Source of the DNA: Promethearchaeota archaeon
Lineage (GTDB): Archaea > Asgardarchaeota > Lokiarchaeia > Sigyniarchaeales > SOKP01
DNA length: 23,453 nucleotides
Direction of reading: 5' to 3'
Assembly: GCA_019058295.1 (NCBI GenBank)
Contig: JAHPZI010000012.1
Coordinates: 1 to 23,453, forward strand
Part shown: positions 1 through 8,532 of the stretch, one piece after another
How the letters are laid out: the number at the start of each line of letters is the position of its first letter
Numbering within the stretch: position 1 is the stretch's first letter
The notes under the pieces: generated by a model
The model's input: only the letters and a program-made list of their open reading frames with translations
Told to the model about the DNA's origin: nothing
The model's database searches: none
Program-made: the position numbers and the translations under genes

Positions 1-1
1 T

Positions 2-970
2 TTAGAATTTAATAAGATTTTGATTTTGATGGATGTGAAAAAAAAAGAACATAGACTTATTTTTCTAATTTTAATTTCCAATGGATTTTATATATGGTTG
101 AATTTTTATTTTAATCACTTCAAATTCTTTGTTTTTTTAATCCTCCTCTTAATTGTTAGAAGGGAAATTCAATATAGGAGGGAAAGAAAGGAAAAGAATA
201 GGAACTATTACATTTTAAATTATGGGTTATTTATTTTTATGTTAGGGATATCTCCTTATTTTGTTTTTCTCTTATTTATTTATGTTTTTCAAGAAATCCA
301 ATTAAAAGACTTGTTTAAAAAAGAAAATGTAGAGAATTACTTTATAATAATTTTATGGTTCATTCTTCAAAATTTTACATTTATTTTATACCCCTCGCAA
401 ATTTTTGAAGCCCTTGATGGGTTTAACTTACCAGGAACCTATATTGAAAGGCATTCTCCTTTTTATTTGAAATATTTGATTGTTTTGACAGCAGCTCAAA
501 TGCATGTCTTAATTTATGTATTTGCCGTAATTTTAGCTATAATTACTATGGTTTTAATCTATATAAGAAAATTAAACATTGAGGAAAAATTTAGCTTTTT
601 TCTTTTAGCCTATCTCTTTTTTGGAGTTACCCCAGTACCAGAATTAGTTGCTCATATATGTTTGTCTTTTGCACTATTATTGTTTGTTCCCCTCTTAAAA
701 CAAGATTTTACTGGATATGAATTTATTCAGAAAAATAAAGTTTTTCTAATCGGTGTAATTTCATTTCTCATAATCAATTATATAAATTTTCTTCGTCTCC
801 TTCCAATATATATTGTAGCCTTTGGAAGGCAGATATTTATTGGAGTTTTTGTAACGTATGCATTAATTATTTTATATACTATTATGATAGTATGTTTATT
901 TACATTATACGTGAAAAAGAATAATATTAATAATGAGGATCAACAGCCAGAACGGGATTATCAAAACTAG
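2..970 (+). CDS. Polytopic membrane protein, possibly 5'-truncated by the window edge (GT-C/GT87-like is a weak possibility)
   Basis: About 9-10 hydrophobic segments. The frame of the 20..970 ORF has no stop back to base 2, so the true start may lie outside the window. Confidence 0.6.
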   Translation, partial: LEFNKILILMDVKKKEHRLIFLILISNGFYIWLNFYFNHFKFFVFLILLLIVRREIQYRRERKEKNRNYYILNYGLFIFMLGISPYFVFLLFIYVFQEIQLKDLFKKENVENYFIIILWFILQNFTFILYPSQIFEALDGFNLPGTYIERHSPFYLKYLIVLTAAQMHVLIYVFAVILAIITMVLIYIRKLNIEEKFSFFLLAYLFFGVTPVPELVAHICLSFALLLFVPLLKQDFTGYEFIQKNKVFLIGVISFLIINYINFLRLLPIYIVAFGRQIFIGVFVTYALIILYTIMIVCLFTLYVKKNNINNEDQQPERDYQN

Positions 971-1283
971 ATCGAACCTTATTGTAAGTTTTTACATTTA
1001 TATTCTGTAATTTTATAGATTTTTGAACTAAGGCTCTACGGTTTACGGAGTACCAGAATGATTTGTAAGGTTGACAGACTTAGATTATATTTTTTTATTA
1101 TTGACTGGTAATAACTATCCATTCGGTTCGCGCATTCCGAAAAGAAACTTTAGGCATTCATAGTATTTAGAAAATACTGTTTGTAATTAGAAAAAAGTAA
1201 AAGTAATTTAAGACAGAATTATTTAGAAGATTATAAATAGAAGATATTAAGTCTCTACCTTCTACGGCGAGTAGATTATAAAT

Positions 1284-2540
1284 ATGACGATAGAAGAAGA
1301 AATGCGAACAATTGGAGAAAAAGCCAGAGATGCAGCTTTTATTCTGAAAAATGCCTCTACTGATTCAAAAAATAAAGCATTATTAAAAATGGCTGATGAA
1401 TTAGAAAAGCAAGTAGACAAAATTATAGAAAGGAATAAAATTGATCTTGAAAATGCTAAAAAAAATGATTTAGAACAGGCAAAAGTGGATCGTTTAGTGT
1501 TAAATTCTGGAAAAATTCATCAAATCGCAGAAGGATTAAGAGAAATCGCAGCTCTGCCTGATCCTATAAATGAAGTAATTTCTATGTGGAGAAGGCCAAA
1601 TGGCATGGATATAGGATTGATAAGAGTGCCATTAGGTGTGATTGGAATTATATATGAGTCCAGACCTAACGTTACAGCCGATAGTACAGGACTTGCATTA
1701 AAAGCAGGTAATGCGATAATTCTAAGGGGAGGTAGCGAAGCAATTAATTCTAATATCGTAATAACAGATATTTTACATGAAGCTGCTGTTAAAAAGGGGC
1801 TTCCAGAAAACTGCATCCAAATTGTAAGGGATACCAATAGAGAATATGTTGATGCAATGTTAAAGCTAAAGGATTACATCGATGTTATTATTCCAAGAGG
1901 AGGGGAATCCTTAATCCAGAAAGTGATTCAAAAATCTGAAGTTCCTACAATAGAAACTGGTATTGGAATTGTCAGTATTTTCGTAAATTACGACGCAGAT
2001 TTTGATATGGCCAAGAAATTAATTATTAATTCCAAATGTTCTTATCCGGCAGTATGTAATGCTTTAGATAAAATTCTCGTTCACGAGAAAATTAAAGAGA
2101 AATTTATTCCATTTATAGTTGATGCTTTAAAAGAGAATGATGTTGAAGTAAGAGGGTGTGAAGTCGCTCAAAAATTAGTACCAAACATCATTGCCGCAAC
2201 AGAAGAAGACTGGGGAGCAGAATATTTATCTTTAAAAGTTTGTATTAAAATTGTGAAAGATATTAATGAAGCTATTGAAATTATTACCAAATATGATTCA
2301 AAACATACGGAATCGATAATTACAAATAACTATGAGGATTCCAGAAAGTTTTTGTATGAAGTTGATGCGGCTGCTGTATATGTTAATGCTGCCACAAGAT
2401 TAACTGATGGGGGCGTATTTGGTCTTGGCGCTGAGATCGGCATCTCTACTCAAAAATTGCATGCAAGAGGTCCTATGGGAATTAACCAGTTAACTACAAC
2501 TAAATATATTATCTACGGAAATGGACAAATAAGAGAATAA
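1284..2540 (+). CDS. proA: Gamma-glutamyl phosphate reductase (glutamate-5-semialdehyde dehydrogenase)
   Basis: Motifs VPLGVIGIIYESRPNVT, LRGGSEA, IDVIIPRGG, catalytic Cys in PAVCNA, and GAEIGISTQKLHARGPMG. Confidence 0.97.
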   Translation: MTIEEEMRTIGEKARDAAFILKNASTDSKNKALLKMADELEKQVDKIIERNKIDLENAKKNDLEQAKVDRLVLNSGKIHQIAEGLREIAALPDPINEVISMWRRPNGMDIGLIRVPLGVIGIIYESRPNVTADSTGLALKAGNAIILRGGSEAINSNIVITDILHEAAVKKGLPENCIQIVRDTNREYVDAMLKLKDYIDVIIPRGGESLIQKVIQKSEVPTIETGIGIVSIFVNYDADFDMAKKLIINSKCSYPAVCNALDKILVHEKIKEKFIPFIVDALKENDVEVRGCEVAQKLVPNIIAATEEDWGAEYLSLKVCIKIVKDINEAIEIITKYDSKHTESIITNNYEDSRKFLYEVDAAAVYVNAATRLTDGGVFGLGAEIGISTQKLHARGPMGINQLTTTKYIIYGNGQIRE

Positions 2541-2738
2541 GATAAGCTATTCTTTGATTCTATTCTTTCTTCTCTAATGAAATACATTATTAATCTTAAA
2601 AATTATAATTAGAGATATGTTAAGATTAGCAGATAATTAAATAATTGAATTTTTTTAATAGATTTAGTAATAATAAAATATTTTATTTCTTCAATAGGTT
2701 TTTAATTGTAAGATCTAATATTAAATAATGGTGATTAT

Positions 2739-4118
2739 TTGACGTATTTTAAATTAATTGCGGGAATTAATTGTGGTATTGATAAATCTGTGTGCCAAAA
2801 TGGATACCCAGATAATTGTTTTAGTTGCTTGGCAAAAAAATTTAGTGATGCTGGTTTTTTGATGGATATTATTAATGTTACTGAGCAACATTCAGAGCAA
2901 AAAAGAAAAGAGCTATTATATAAAAATATATGGGATAAATACAATGACATGGTAACAATAAGACACGTGATAGTACTTACTAAAGGAGGAATTCCAGCTC
3001 TAAATATGAATATAGGTGATTTGCCTATTAATGCCGGTTTAATATCAGGATTTATTCAAGCTAATGTGTCATTTTCGGCACAGGAATTAACCATTTTAGA
3101 CAAATTTAAATTAGAAAAGAAGCTTTACGAGTTTGATTATAAAAATTTTAATGTCCTCTTGTATGATGGTAAATTATGCAGAATTTGTTTGATTCTTGAT
3201 CAAAAAGCTTCAAATAGTTTAAAAGAATTATTGATAGACTTTGCAGGTTTTTTCGAAGATAATTATGAGGATGAATTAAAGAAAGTTGAGGAATTATGTG
3301 ATGAGGATATATTAGAACCAGCTAAAAAATTAATAGAGAAAAGTTTTGAAATAAATATGAATTATCCTCTCATTCTGTCTTCGCTAATACCACCAAATAT
3401 AATTGAAAATCTTTCTTTAGTTCAAAAAGCAATATATGAATGTGCGAAAGATTTGCTAAAAGAAGATGATTATTTTTTTATAACGTATCTTATGGTTAAA
3501 ACTTCAAAACTGTTAGGAGTGGTATCAGATGAAGAAGTACTTTGGAATATTCGTCAATTGATGAAGAATAACATAATACTTTCACAAGGTTTAGAATTTC
3601 AAAAACAAGAAAAACAAGAATCAGAAACAATGGCGCAAGAAAAACAAGAAAGGGAAGATATATTTCAAAAAATTAAGGAGAAAAGAGATTTCGAGGAAAT
3701 TGTTTTCGAGACTCATGAAATGAGCATTGAGGAAGCAAACATAAAAATTAATTCGTTAATGAAGAAAGCTGAAATCACAGAAAGGAATGCTGCATATCAA
3801 GAAGCGTTAGATGAGTATCAAATGGCACTTAATTATGCAAAGGAATTCAATATGAAAAAAAAGGTAGATGAAATCTCGTCAAAAATTTCTGGAATTACCA
3901 AACTCAATAAAGAAGTTGAATTAAAATTTGCTATTCAACAAGCCTCCAAATATGAATTAAAAAAAGATTATGTATTTGCATTAAAATACTTCTTTCAAAT
4001 TAAAGATATTTTAATTGACGAAAATGATGATGGCAAGCACGATAAACAGTTAAAGAAAATAGACCGTCGGATTGAAAAAATTCAAAAGCAATTCAAAAGA
4101 GATCATAGCGAAGTTTAA
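2739..4118 (+). CDS. Longin-like domain protein with a probable winged-helix segment and C-terminal helical (TPR/MIT-like) repeats
   Basis: IRHVIVLTKGGIP...LISGFIQANVSF...EFDYKNFNVLLYDGK is typical of lokiarchaeal longin/roadblock-like domains. The C-terminus has YQEALDEYQMAL and YVFALKYF helical repeats. GGTGA precedes the TTG start; an alternative ATG lies at 2949. Confidence 0.6.
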   Translation: MTYFKLIAGINCGIDKSVCQNGYPDNCFSCLAKKFSDAGFLMDIINVTEQHSEQKRKELLYKNIWDKYNDMVTIRHVIVLTKGGIPALNMNIGDLPINAGLISGFIQANVSFSAQELTILDKFKLEKKLYEFDYKNFNVLLYDGKLCRICLILDQKASNSLKELLIDFAGFFEDNYEDELKKVEELCDEDILEPAKKLIEKSFEINMNYPLILSSLIPPNIIENLSLVQKAIYECAKDLLKEDDYFFITYLMVKTSKLLGVVSDEEVLWNIRQLMKNNIILSQGLEFQKQEKQESETMAQEKQEREDIFQKIKEKRDFEEIVFETHEMSIEEANIKINSLMKKAEITERNAAYQEALDEYQMALNYAKEFNMKKKVDEISSKISGITKLNKEVELKFAIQQASKYELKKDYVFALKYFFQIKDILIDENDDGKHDKQLKKIDRRIEKIQKQFKRDHSEV

Positions 4119-4180
4119 TAAATTATTAAAATATAAATTCTTATTAAATTAGAGAATAATAAAGAGACGGAACTTTTAAA

Positions 4181-4963
4181 TTATTCAGCCACTCTTGAAG
4201 GAATAACAACAATTTCATCTCCTTCTTCAAGATTATAATCCTTCAAAACTAGATTCTCATCAAAAGTAATACCACCGCAGGATAAGTGAAAATTTGCGGG
4301 TTTTAGACCAAATAAATGTCCAACCGTTTCTTTAAGGGCGCTTATCTTATTATTCAAATTAATATTTAAATCTCGTGTTTTCTCTCCTGGGTTTAATATT
4401 GAGATGATAAAAATATTAATCAATGGTTCAAGCTTGATTTCAAGAGGCTCTTTAATATATGGTTTCTTATCAATTTCCTTTAACTTATCAATTTGAGGTT
4501 CTAAAGATACTGGTTTTGAATTTATTTCGGATTCGCATTCCAAATTTGGAATACACGTAACTTTGGGATTTTCTTCTTCAAACTCAACCATTTTATCTAC
4601 TTCTAATTTAGTTAAAAGTTCTTTCAAGTGAAGATTTTCTTCTTCTAAACTCATTATTTTATCAATTAATTTTTCAGTAATTTGCTTCGTGAGGTTCTCA
4701 GAAAAAATATTAGTATTTTCAATTTCTATAATTTCAACAGCTCGGATGTGCAACTGAGCATCAATATAAAGAATAGTTAGTAGATCTTCTAAGTTATCCT
4801 CAGACGAGTGAAGAAAAACAAATGGAAAAGGAAATGCAGTTCTATTTTCAGTTATGTTTTTTGGTATTTTTATATTATGAATTATCTTACATTTTGGGCA
4901 ATTATAAAACCTATTTAGATATTCTGGCTCTATTGATGTGTCGTAATTAGAGTCTTCAGACAT
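4181..4963 (-). CDS. Zn-ribbon-like domain + coiled coil + C-terminal ubiquitin-like domain lacking the terminal Gly
   Basis: N-terminal CPKC...FPFVFLH...YIDA. The last 79 aa align without gaps to the Ubl at 9883..10230 (37/79 identical by hand count) and end SRVAE. Confidence 0.85.
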   Translation of the reverse strand: MSEDSNYDTSIEPEYLNRFYNCPKCKIIHNIKIPKNITENRTAFPFPFVFLHSSEDNLEDLLTILYIDAQLHIRAVEIIEIENTNIFSENLTKQITEKLIDKIMSLEEENLHLKELLTKLEVDKMVEFEEENPKVTCIPNLECESEINSKPVSLEPQIDKLKEIDKKPYIKEPLEIKLEPLINIFIISILNPGEKTRDLNINLNNKISALKETVGHLFGLKPANFHLSCGGITFDENLVLKDYNLEEGDEIVVIPSRVAE

Positions 4964-5029
4964 AGCAATTCATATTTCAATTTATGTATAATCATAATAA
5001 ATCTAAAATATTAAAATTATAGTATTTGC

Positions 5030-5164
5030 ATAATTATGACTGTAATAGGTATCGTTGGAGGGCTTCTTCTCGTGGTCTTTAGACGTTTAGCCATTAGAGA
5101 TGATTAAAAAGGAAAATATGAATTTGATTTTTCTATTTATGAAGAAGATATTAAAGAATTTAAC
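5030..5164 (+). pseudogene. Decayed internal fragment of a LysE-family paralogue
   Basis: Translates IIMTVIGIVGGLLLVVFRRLAIRDD*KGKYEFDFSIYEEDIKEFN, 31/45 identical to the LysE segment at 5398..5532, with an in-frame TAA at 5105..5107. Confidence 0.9.
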
Positions 5165-5190
5165 TATAATTCCCTACTATAAAAAATATA

Positions 5191-5850
5191 ATGCTTGAGA
5201 TTTTTTTATTTTCTTTTTTAATTGCTCTCACTGGAGCATTATCTCCAGGACCCGTTTTAACATATACAATCTATAAATCTCTCAATGAAAAAAGAGGGTA
5301 TTTGGCAGGATTCTTTATTATTTTAGGGCATGCTACATTAGAACTCGCGCTTATAACACTCCTCTTGTTGGGAGCTTATTTATTTTTCCAAAATATTATA
5401 GTTTTAACTGTAATTGGCATTGTAGGGGGAATTCTTCTTGTGATATTTGGTTGCTTGGTTATAAGAGACGTTTATAAAGGAAAGTATGAAATTGATTTTT
5501 CCGTTTCTGAAGAAGACATTAAAGGATTTAAGGGAAATAGCTTTCTTGGGGGAATAATAGTATCACTTTCTAATCCTTTTTGGACTTTATGGTGGGCTGT
5601 TATTGGCTTAAGCTTTATGATTAATTTTCACATAAGTTTTGATAATCCAACAGGACTATTACTCTTCTATTTGGGACATGAGTTAGGTGATTTTGCGTGG
5701 TATATCCCAATTTCTATATTTGTATATTTAGGTGGAAAATCAATAAATCCTAAGGTATTTAAATATGTCTTGATTGGATGTGGTGCATTTATGATTGGAT
5801 TTGGAATTTATTTAGCTTTAAATATAGTTCTCTTCCCGCCAAAAATATGA
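5191..5850 (+). CDS. LysE/RhtB family transporter
   Basis: N-terminal ALTGALSPGP, GHA.LE and GIIVSLSNPFW motifs, with about 6 TM helices in 219 aa. Confidence 0.9.
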   Translation: MLEIFLFSFLIALTGALSPGPVLTYTIYKSLNEKRGYLAGFFIILGHATLELALITLLLLGAYLFFQNIIVLTVIGIVGGILLVIFGCLVIRDVYKGKYEIDFSVSEEDIKGFKGNSFLGGIIVSLSNPFWTLWWAVIGLSFMINFHISFDNPTGLLLFYLGHELGDFAWYIPISIFVYLGGKSINPKVFKYVLIGCGAFMIGFGIYLALNIVLFPPKI

Positions 5851-5881
5851 AAATTCATATTTAGAAAAAAACCTTTTTCAA

Positions 5882-7054
5882 TTATCCTTTTCTTTTGTAC
5901 TCTTTTATTACTTCTAAATATGTTTTGACTGGAATTACCTTAGGATTTCGGAGAAATGATGGTGGAATTGGAGCGTCACATCGCGAACAGAGTGGTGATG
6001 CCTTAGCCCAGTCTTTAAATTCATCAGCGTGAGCAGGATGTCTACAATTTGGACAAATTACAATCCCTCGCCTTTCATCAGCAGGAATCTTTGGTAATTC
6101 AAAGCAAAATATACATTTAAAATCTTCTAACGATAATATTCCTGCCTTTGGCATTAATTTTTCGTAGCTTGGTCTTGCTACAGCGCTTTGGCGAGAGGGT
6201 GTTGGACTTGAGGCAGCCTTTTGACGAGAGGGTCTTGGTCTTGATGTGCTGGGTGTCGAAGTCCGTGTGGTTGCGGGTCTGGAAGTTCTAGGAGTTGCGG
6301 AGCTAGAAACTACAGGTCGTGAAGGAGTTGTTGGAGTTGCTCTGGGAGCTGCAGGTCTTACAGGTGTTGATGTTATCCCTTCTAAACGCCTTCTTCGGCG
6401 AGCAAGATAATCCGACGATAGTTCAGGTACAGCGCGCGGAGAACCAAAAATAGCATGCCTGACAAATAAATATATTAAAACGCAACAAACGAATATAAGC
6501 ATAAAATCAAAACTAAAATAATAAGTCTGTTGGACAATATAAAAAAAATAATAAAAAACCACAATGTTATAATTAACCATGTAAGATATTAGGATAATCA
6601 AAATAAAAATCACATAAAAAATCACAAATTTTCGAGCATTTAAGGACCGCGTACGGAAGATATATACAACATAAAATTTAGTAAAACAAGATCGAAGTGT
6701 CCATAAACTATATAAAAAGTATGGAAGAGCAAAAATTATGATCCACAAACTAATATATAACCGTGGAAAAAAATCTTGCAATAGATTTTCCCCCCAAAAT
6801 CCTGTAAAATAGCTCCATATACTGTAAAACATTGCTACACCTAAAGGACATAAAAGAAAAAAAGAGGTGTTTTTAGGTGAGTTATATTCTTTATACTCTT
6901 TTCGCTTTTGAAAAAATTTAATTGTAAAAAGAATCCAAAGCCCAATTAAAACTATTGAGAGAAAAGTATTCCACGACTCCAATATAATTAAACCATAAAA
7001 TAAAGCTATACCAATGGTAAACAGTAGTATTAAAGCTGTTCTTATCTTCAGCAA
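5882..7054 (-). CDS. Membrane-anchored RING-variant protein, putative E3 ligase
   Basis: About 6 TM helices, a Pro/Ser/Thr/Arg low-complexity linker, then CIFC-x16-CPNC-x4-H-x2-E-x3-W-x6-CSRC. Last gene of the Ubl-E1-E2-JAMM run; GGTGA precedes the TTG start. Confidence 0.75.
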   Translation of the reverse strand: MLKIRTALILLFTIGIALFYGLIILESWNTFLSIVLIGLWILFTIKFFQKRKEYKEYNSPKNTSFFLLCPLGVAMFYSIWSYFTGFWGENLLQDFFPRLYISLWIIIFALPYFLYSLWTLRSCFTKFYVVYIFRTRSLNARKFVIFYVIFILIILISYMVNYNIVVFYYFFYIVQQTYYFSFDFMLIFVCCVLIYLFVRHAIFGSPRAVPELSSDYLARRRRRLEGITSTPVRPAAPRATPTTPSRPVVSSSATPRTSRPATTRTSTPSTSRPRPSRQKAASSPTPSRQSAVARPSYEKLMPKAGILSLEDFKCIFCFELPKIPADERRGIVICPNCRHPAHADEFKDWAKASPLCSRCDAPIPPSFLRNPKVIPVKTYLEVIKEYKRKG

Positions 7055-7091
7055 GATTTAGTTTTCACCGGACTCAGCTTAATTATAATTT

Positions 7092-7892
7092 TTATCTTTC
7101 TTCAAATTCAAGATCTGTAGCTTTATTTTCTACTATGGGACTAAGAAACTCTAATAGTTCGGGTAGAGCTCTTACATCCAATGCTCCTTTTACGAGAAAA
7201 GGGACCTTATTATATCTATTTGATTTAAAATCCACACGATATATCTCAAATCCATAGGAATATCCATCGATTTTAAAAGGGTCCATTACCAATGCTACAG
7301 AATCTTCCCATTGTTTTTGAAAATTCGAGTGGGTTTCAAAGTCGTCAGAACTGAGAAAGAGTCCATGAGATGGATGAGAATGATACCATCCACATATAAA
7401 TTGGCCTAACTTTTTTAGATGCTTAAAAACTTTTGTAAATTTACTTGAATCTCTCATAAACACATCTACGACTGAAACAATATCGCCATGAGTTATTGGA
7501 TAGGCGTTTACAATATGAAGTTTAGGACCATAATCATACATCTTTCCTCCCAATATTCCAAAAACTTCACACCATTCTCGTTTAGGTAAACTACGATTTG
7601 CAAATTTTAATGAATGTGTGGCAATTTTGAGAATTGCTTTAGTTGATATACTTATTGTTACTTTATCCAATAAATCCTCTTTCTGATTTGGTTCAGTTAT
7701 TTGCGTTGATTCAACTGGAGTAAGCAAATTTTCCTCACTTAATCGAGAAACTACAGCGTCAGTTAAGCTTTCTTTTTCAGATTTTAGCTCTGTATAGACT
7801 TCATTGAGAATTTCCTTTTTTAATTTCTCTTTAATTTGCTGTTTCATATCATCCTTAATAGTATCTTCATTCAATTCATCATCTTCAGGCAT
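7092..7892 (-). CDS. JAMM/MPN+ metalloisopeptidase (Rpn11/CSN5-like)
   Basis: EVFGILGG...GWYHSHPSHGLFLSSDD matches the E-xn-HSH-x7-S-x2-D JAMM motif. It has an acidic helical N-terminal extension. Confidence 0.95.
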   Translation of the reverse strand: MPEDDELNEDTIKDDMKQQIKEKLKKEILNEVYTELKSEKESLTDAVVSRLSEENLLTPVESTQITEPNQKEDLLDKVTISISTKAILKIATHSLKFANRSLPKREWCEVFGILGGKMYDYGPKLHIVNAYPITHGDIVSVVDVFMRDSSKFTKVFKHLKKLGQFICGWYHSHPSHGLFLSSDDFETHSNFQKQWEDSVALVMDPFKIDGYSYGFEIYRVDFKSNRYNKVPFLVKGALDVRALPELLEFLSPIVENKATDLEFEER

Positions 7893-7912
7893 TTAGAGCC
7901 CCTCACCACAGT

Positions 7913-8440
7913 TTACCATTTCTTATTAGCATATTTTTTTACTAAAAACTTAACTTTTTTCTCAAATTCCTTTTGATTTTTCATTGCCTCTATTGCGGCC
8001 TTCTTATTAAATACGTCTGTCGGATTAAAAAATTTCCCTCGTGTATTTAACATAGCTGTTATTGCTTGTATTACAGTTACGATGGTCTTACTTGGCGACC
8101 AGCCCCCTTTTTTACCTACATAATTAGGATCTACTAGGGCTAGACAAATATTCCTCTGTCCCGGGTATTCGTTAGGTTTGGCCCAGAAATTTGGGTGCCA
8201 AATCGCTGTATGAAGTCGCACAAAGGGAGGGTGATTTGGATAATTTGGAGGGTATTTGATCTCTAGTTTAAAAAGTCCTCCTTGATAGGCTGTCTTTTTT
8301 GGACCCTTTAATAATACAGCAATATGATCTATACTTTTTTTTTTAGGATCAAATGGTTTTAATTGTGTTATTACTCCAGTTTTTACCATCTTCTTAAGAG
8401 CGGCAAAGTCCTGTGAAATTCGTGAACTTCTTAAACTCAT
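7913..8440 (-). CDS. Ubiquitin-conjugating enzyme E2 (UBC fold)
   Basis: GPKKTAYQGGLFKLEIKYPPNYPNHPPFV, IWHPN, catalytic ICL and WSPSKTI motifs. Confidence 0.95.
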   Translation of the reverse strand: MSLRSSRISQDFAALKKMVKTGVITQLKPFDPKKKSIDHIAVLLKGPKKTAYQGGLFKLEIKYPPNYPNHPPFVRLHTAIWHPNFWAKPNEYPGQRNICLALVDPNYVGKKGGWSPSKTIVTVIQAITAMLNTRGKFFNPTDVFNKKAAIEAMKNQKEFEKKVKFLVKKYANKKW

Positions 8441-8532
8441 TTTATATTCTCATACTCAAATTGTTATAATTTATATATTTTATTGTAATAATAATAAAAA
8501 CTTATAATATATAATCCTAATTAAATCGAAAA

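Noticed and set aside
971-1283. Possible tRNA or ncRNA upstream of proA (contains GGTTCG and short hairpins)
   Set aside because: No cloverleaf or acceptor stem can be built, and the stems are only 4-7 bp.
1520-1837. Antisense ORF inside proA, and similar shadow ORFs at 2735..2950, 9434..9670, 10037..10273, 10143..10328, 12758..13012, 14298..14525, 15728..15940, 17221..17487, 18596..18808 and 20841..21149
   Set aside because: They overlap well-supported genes on the opposite strand and carry no recognisable motifs.
1284-2540. proA without an adjacent proB
   Set aside because: Split pro genes are common, and proB cannot be assessed from one window.
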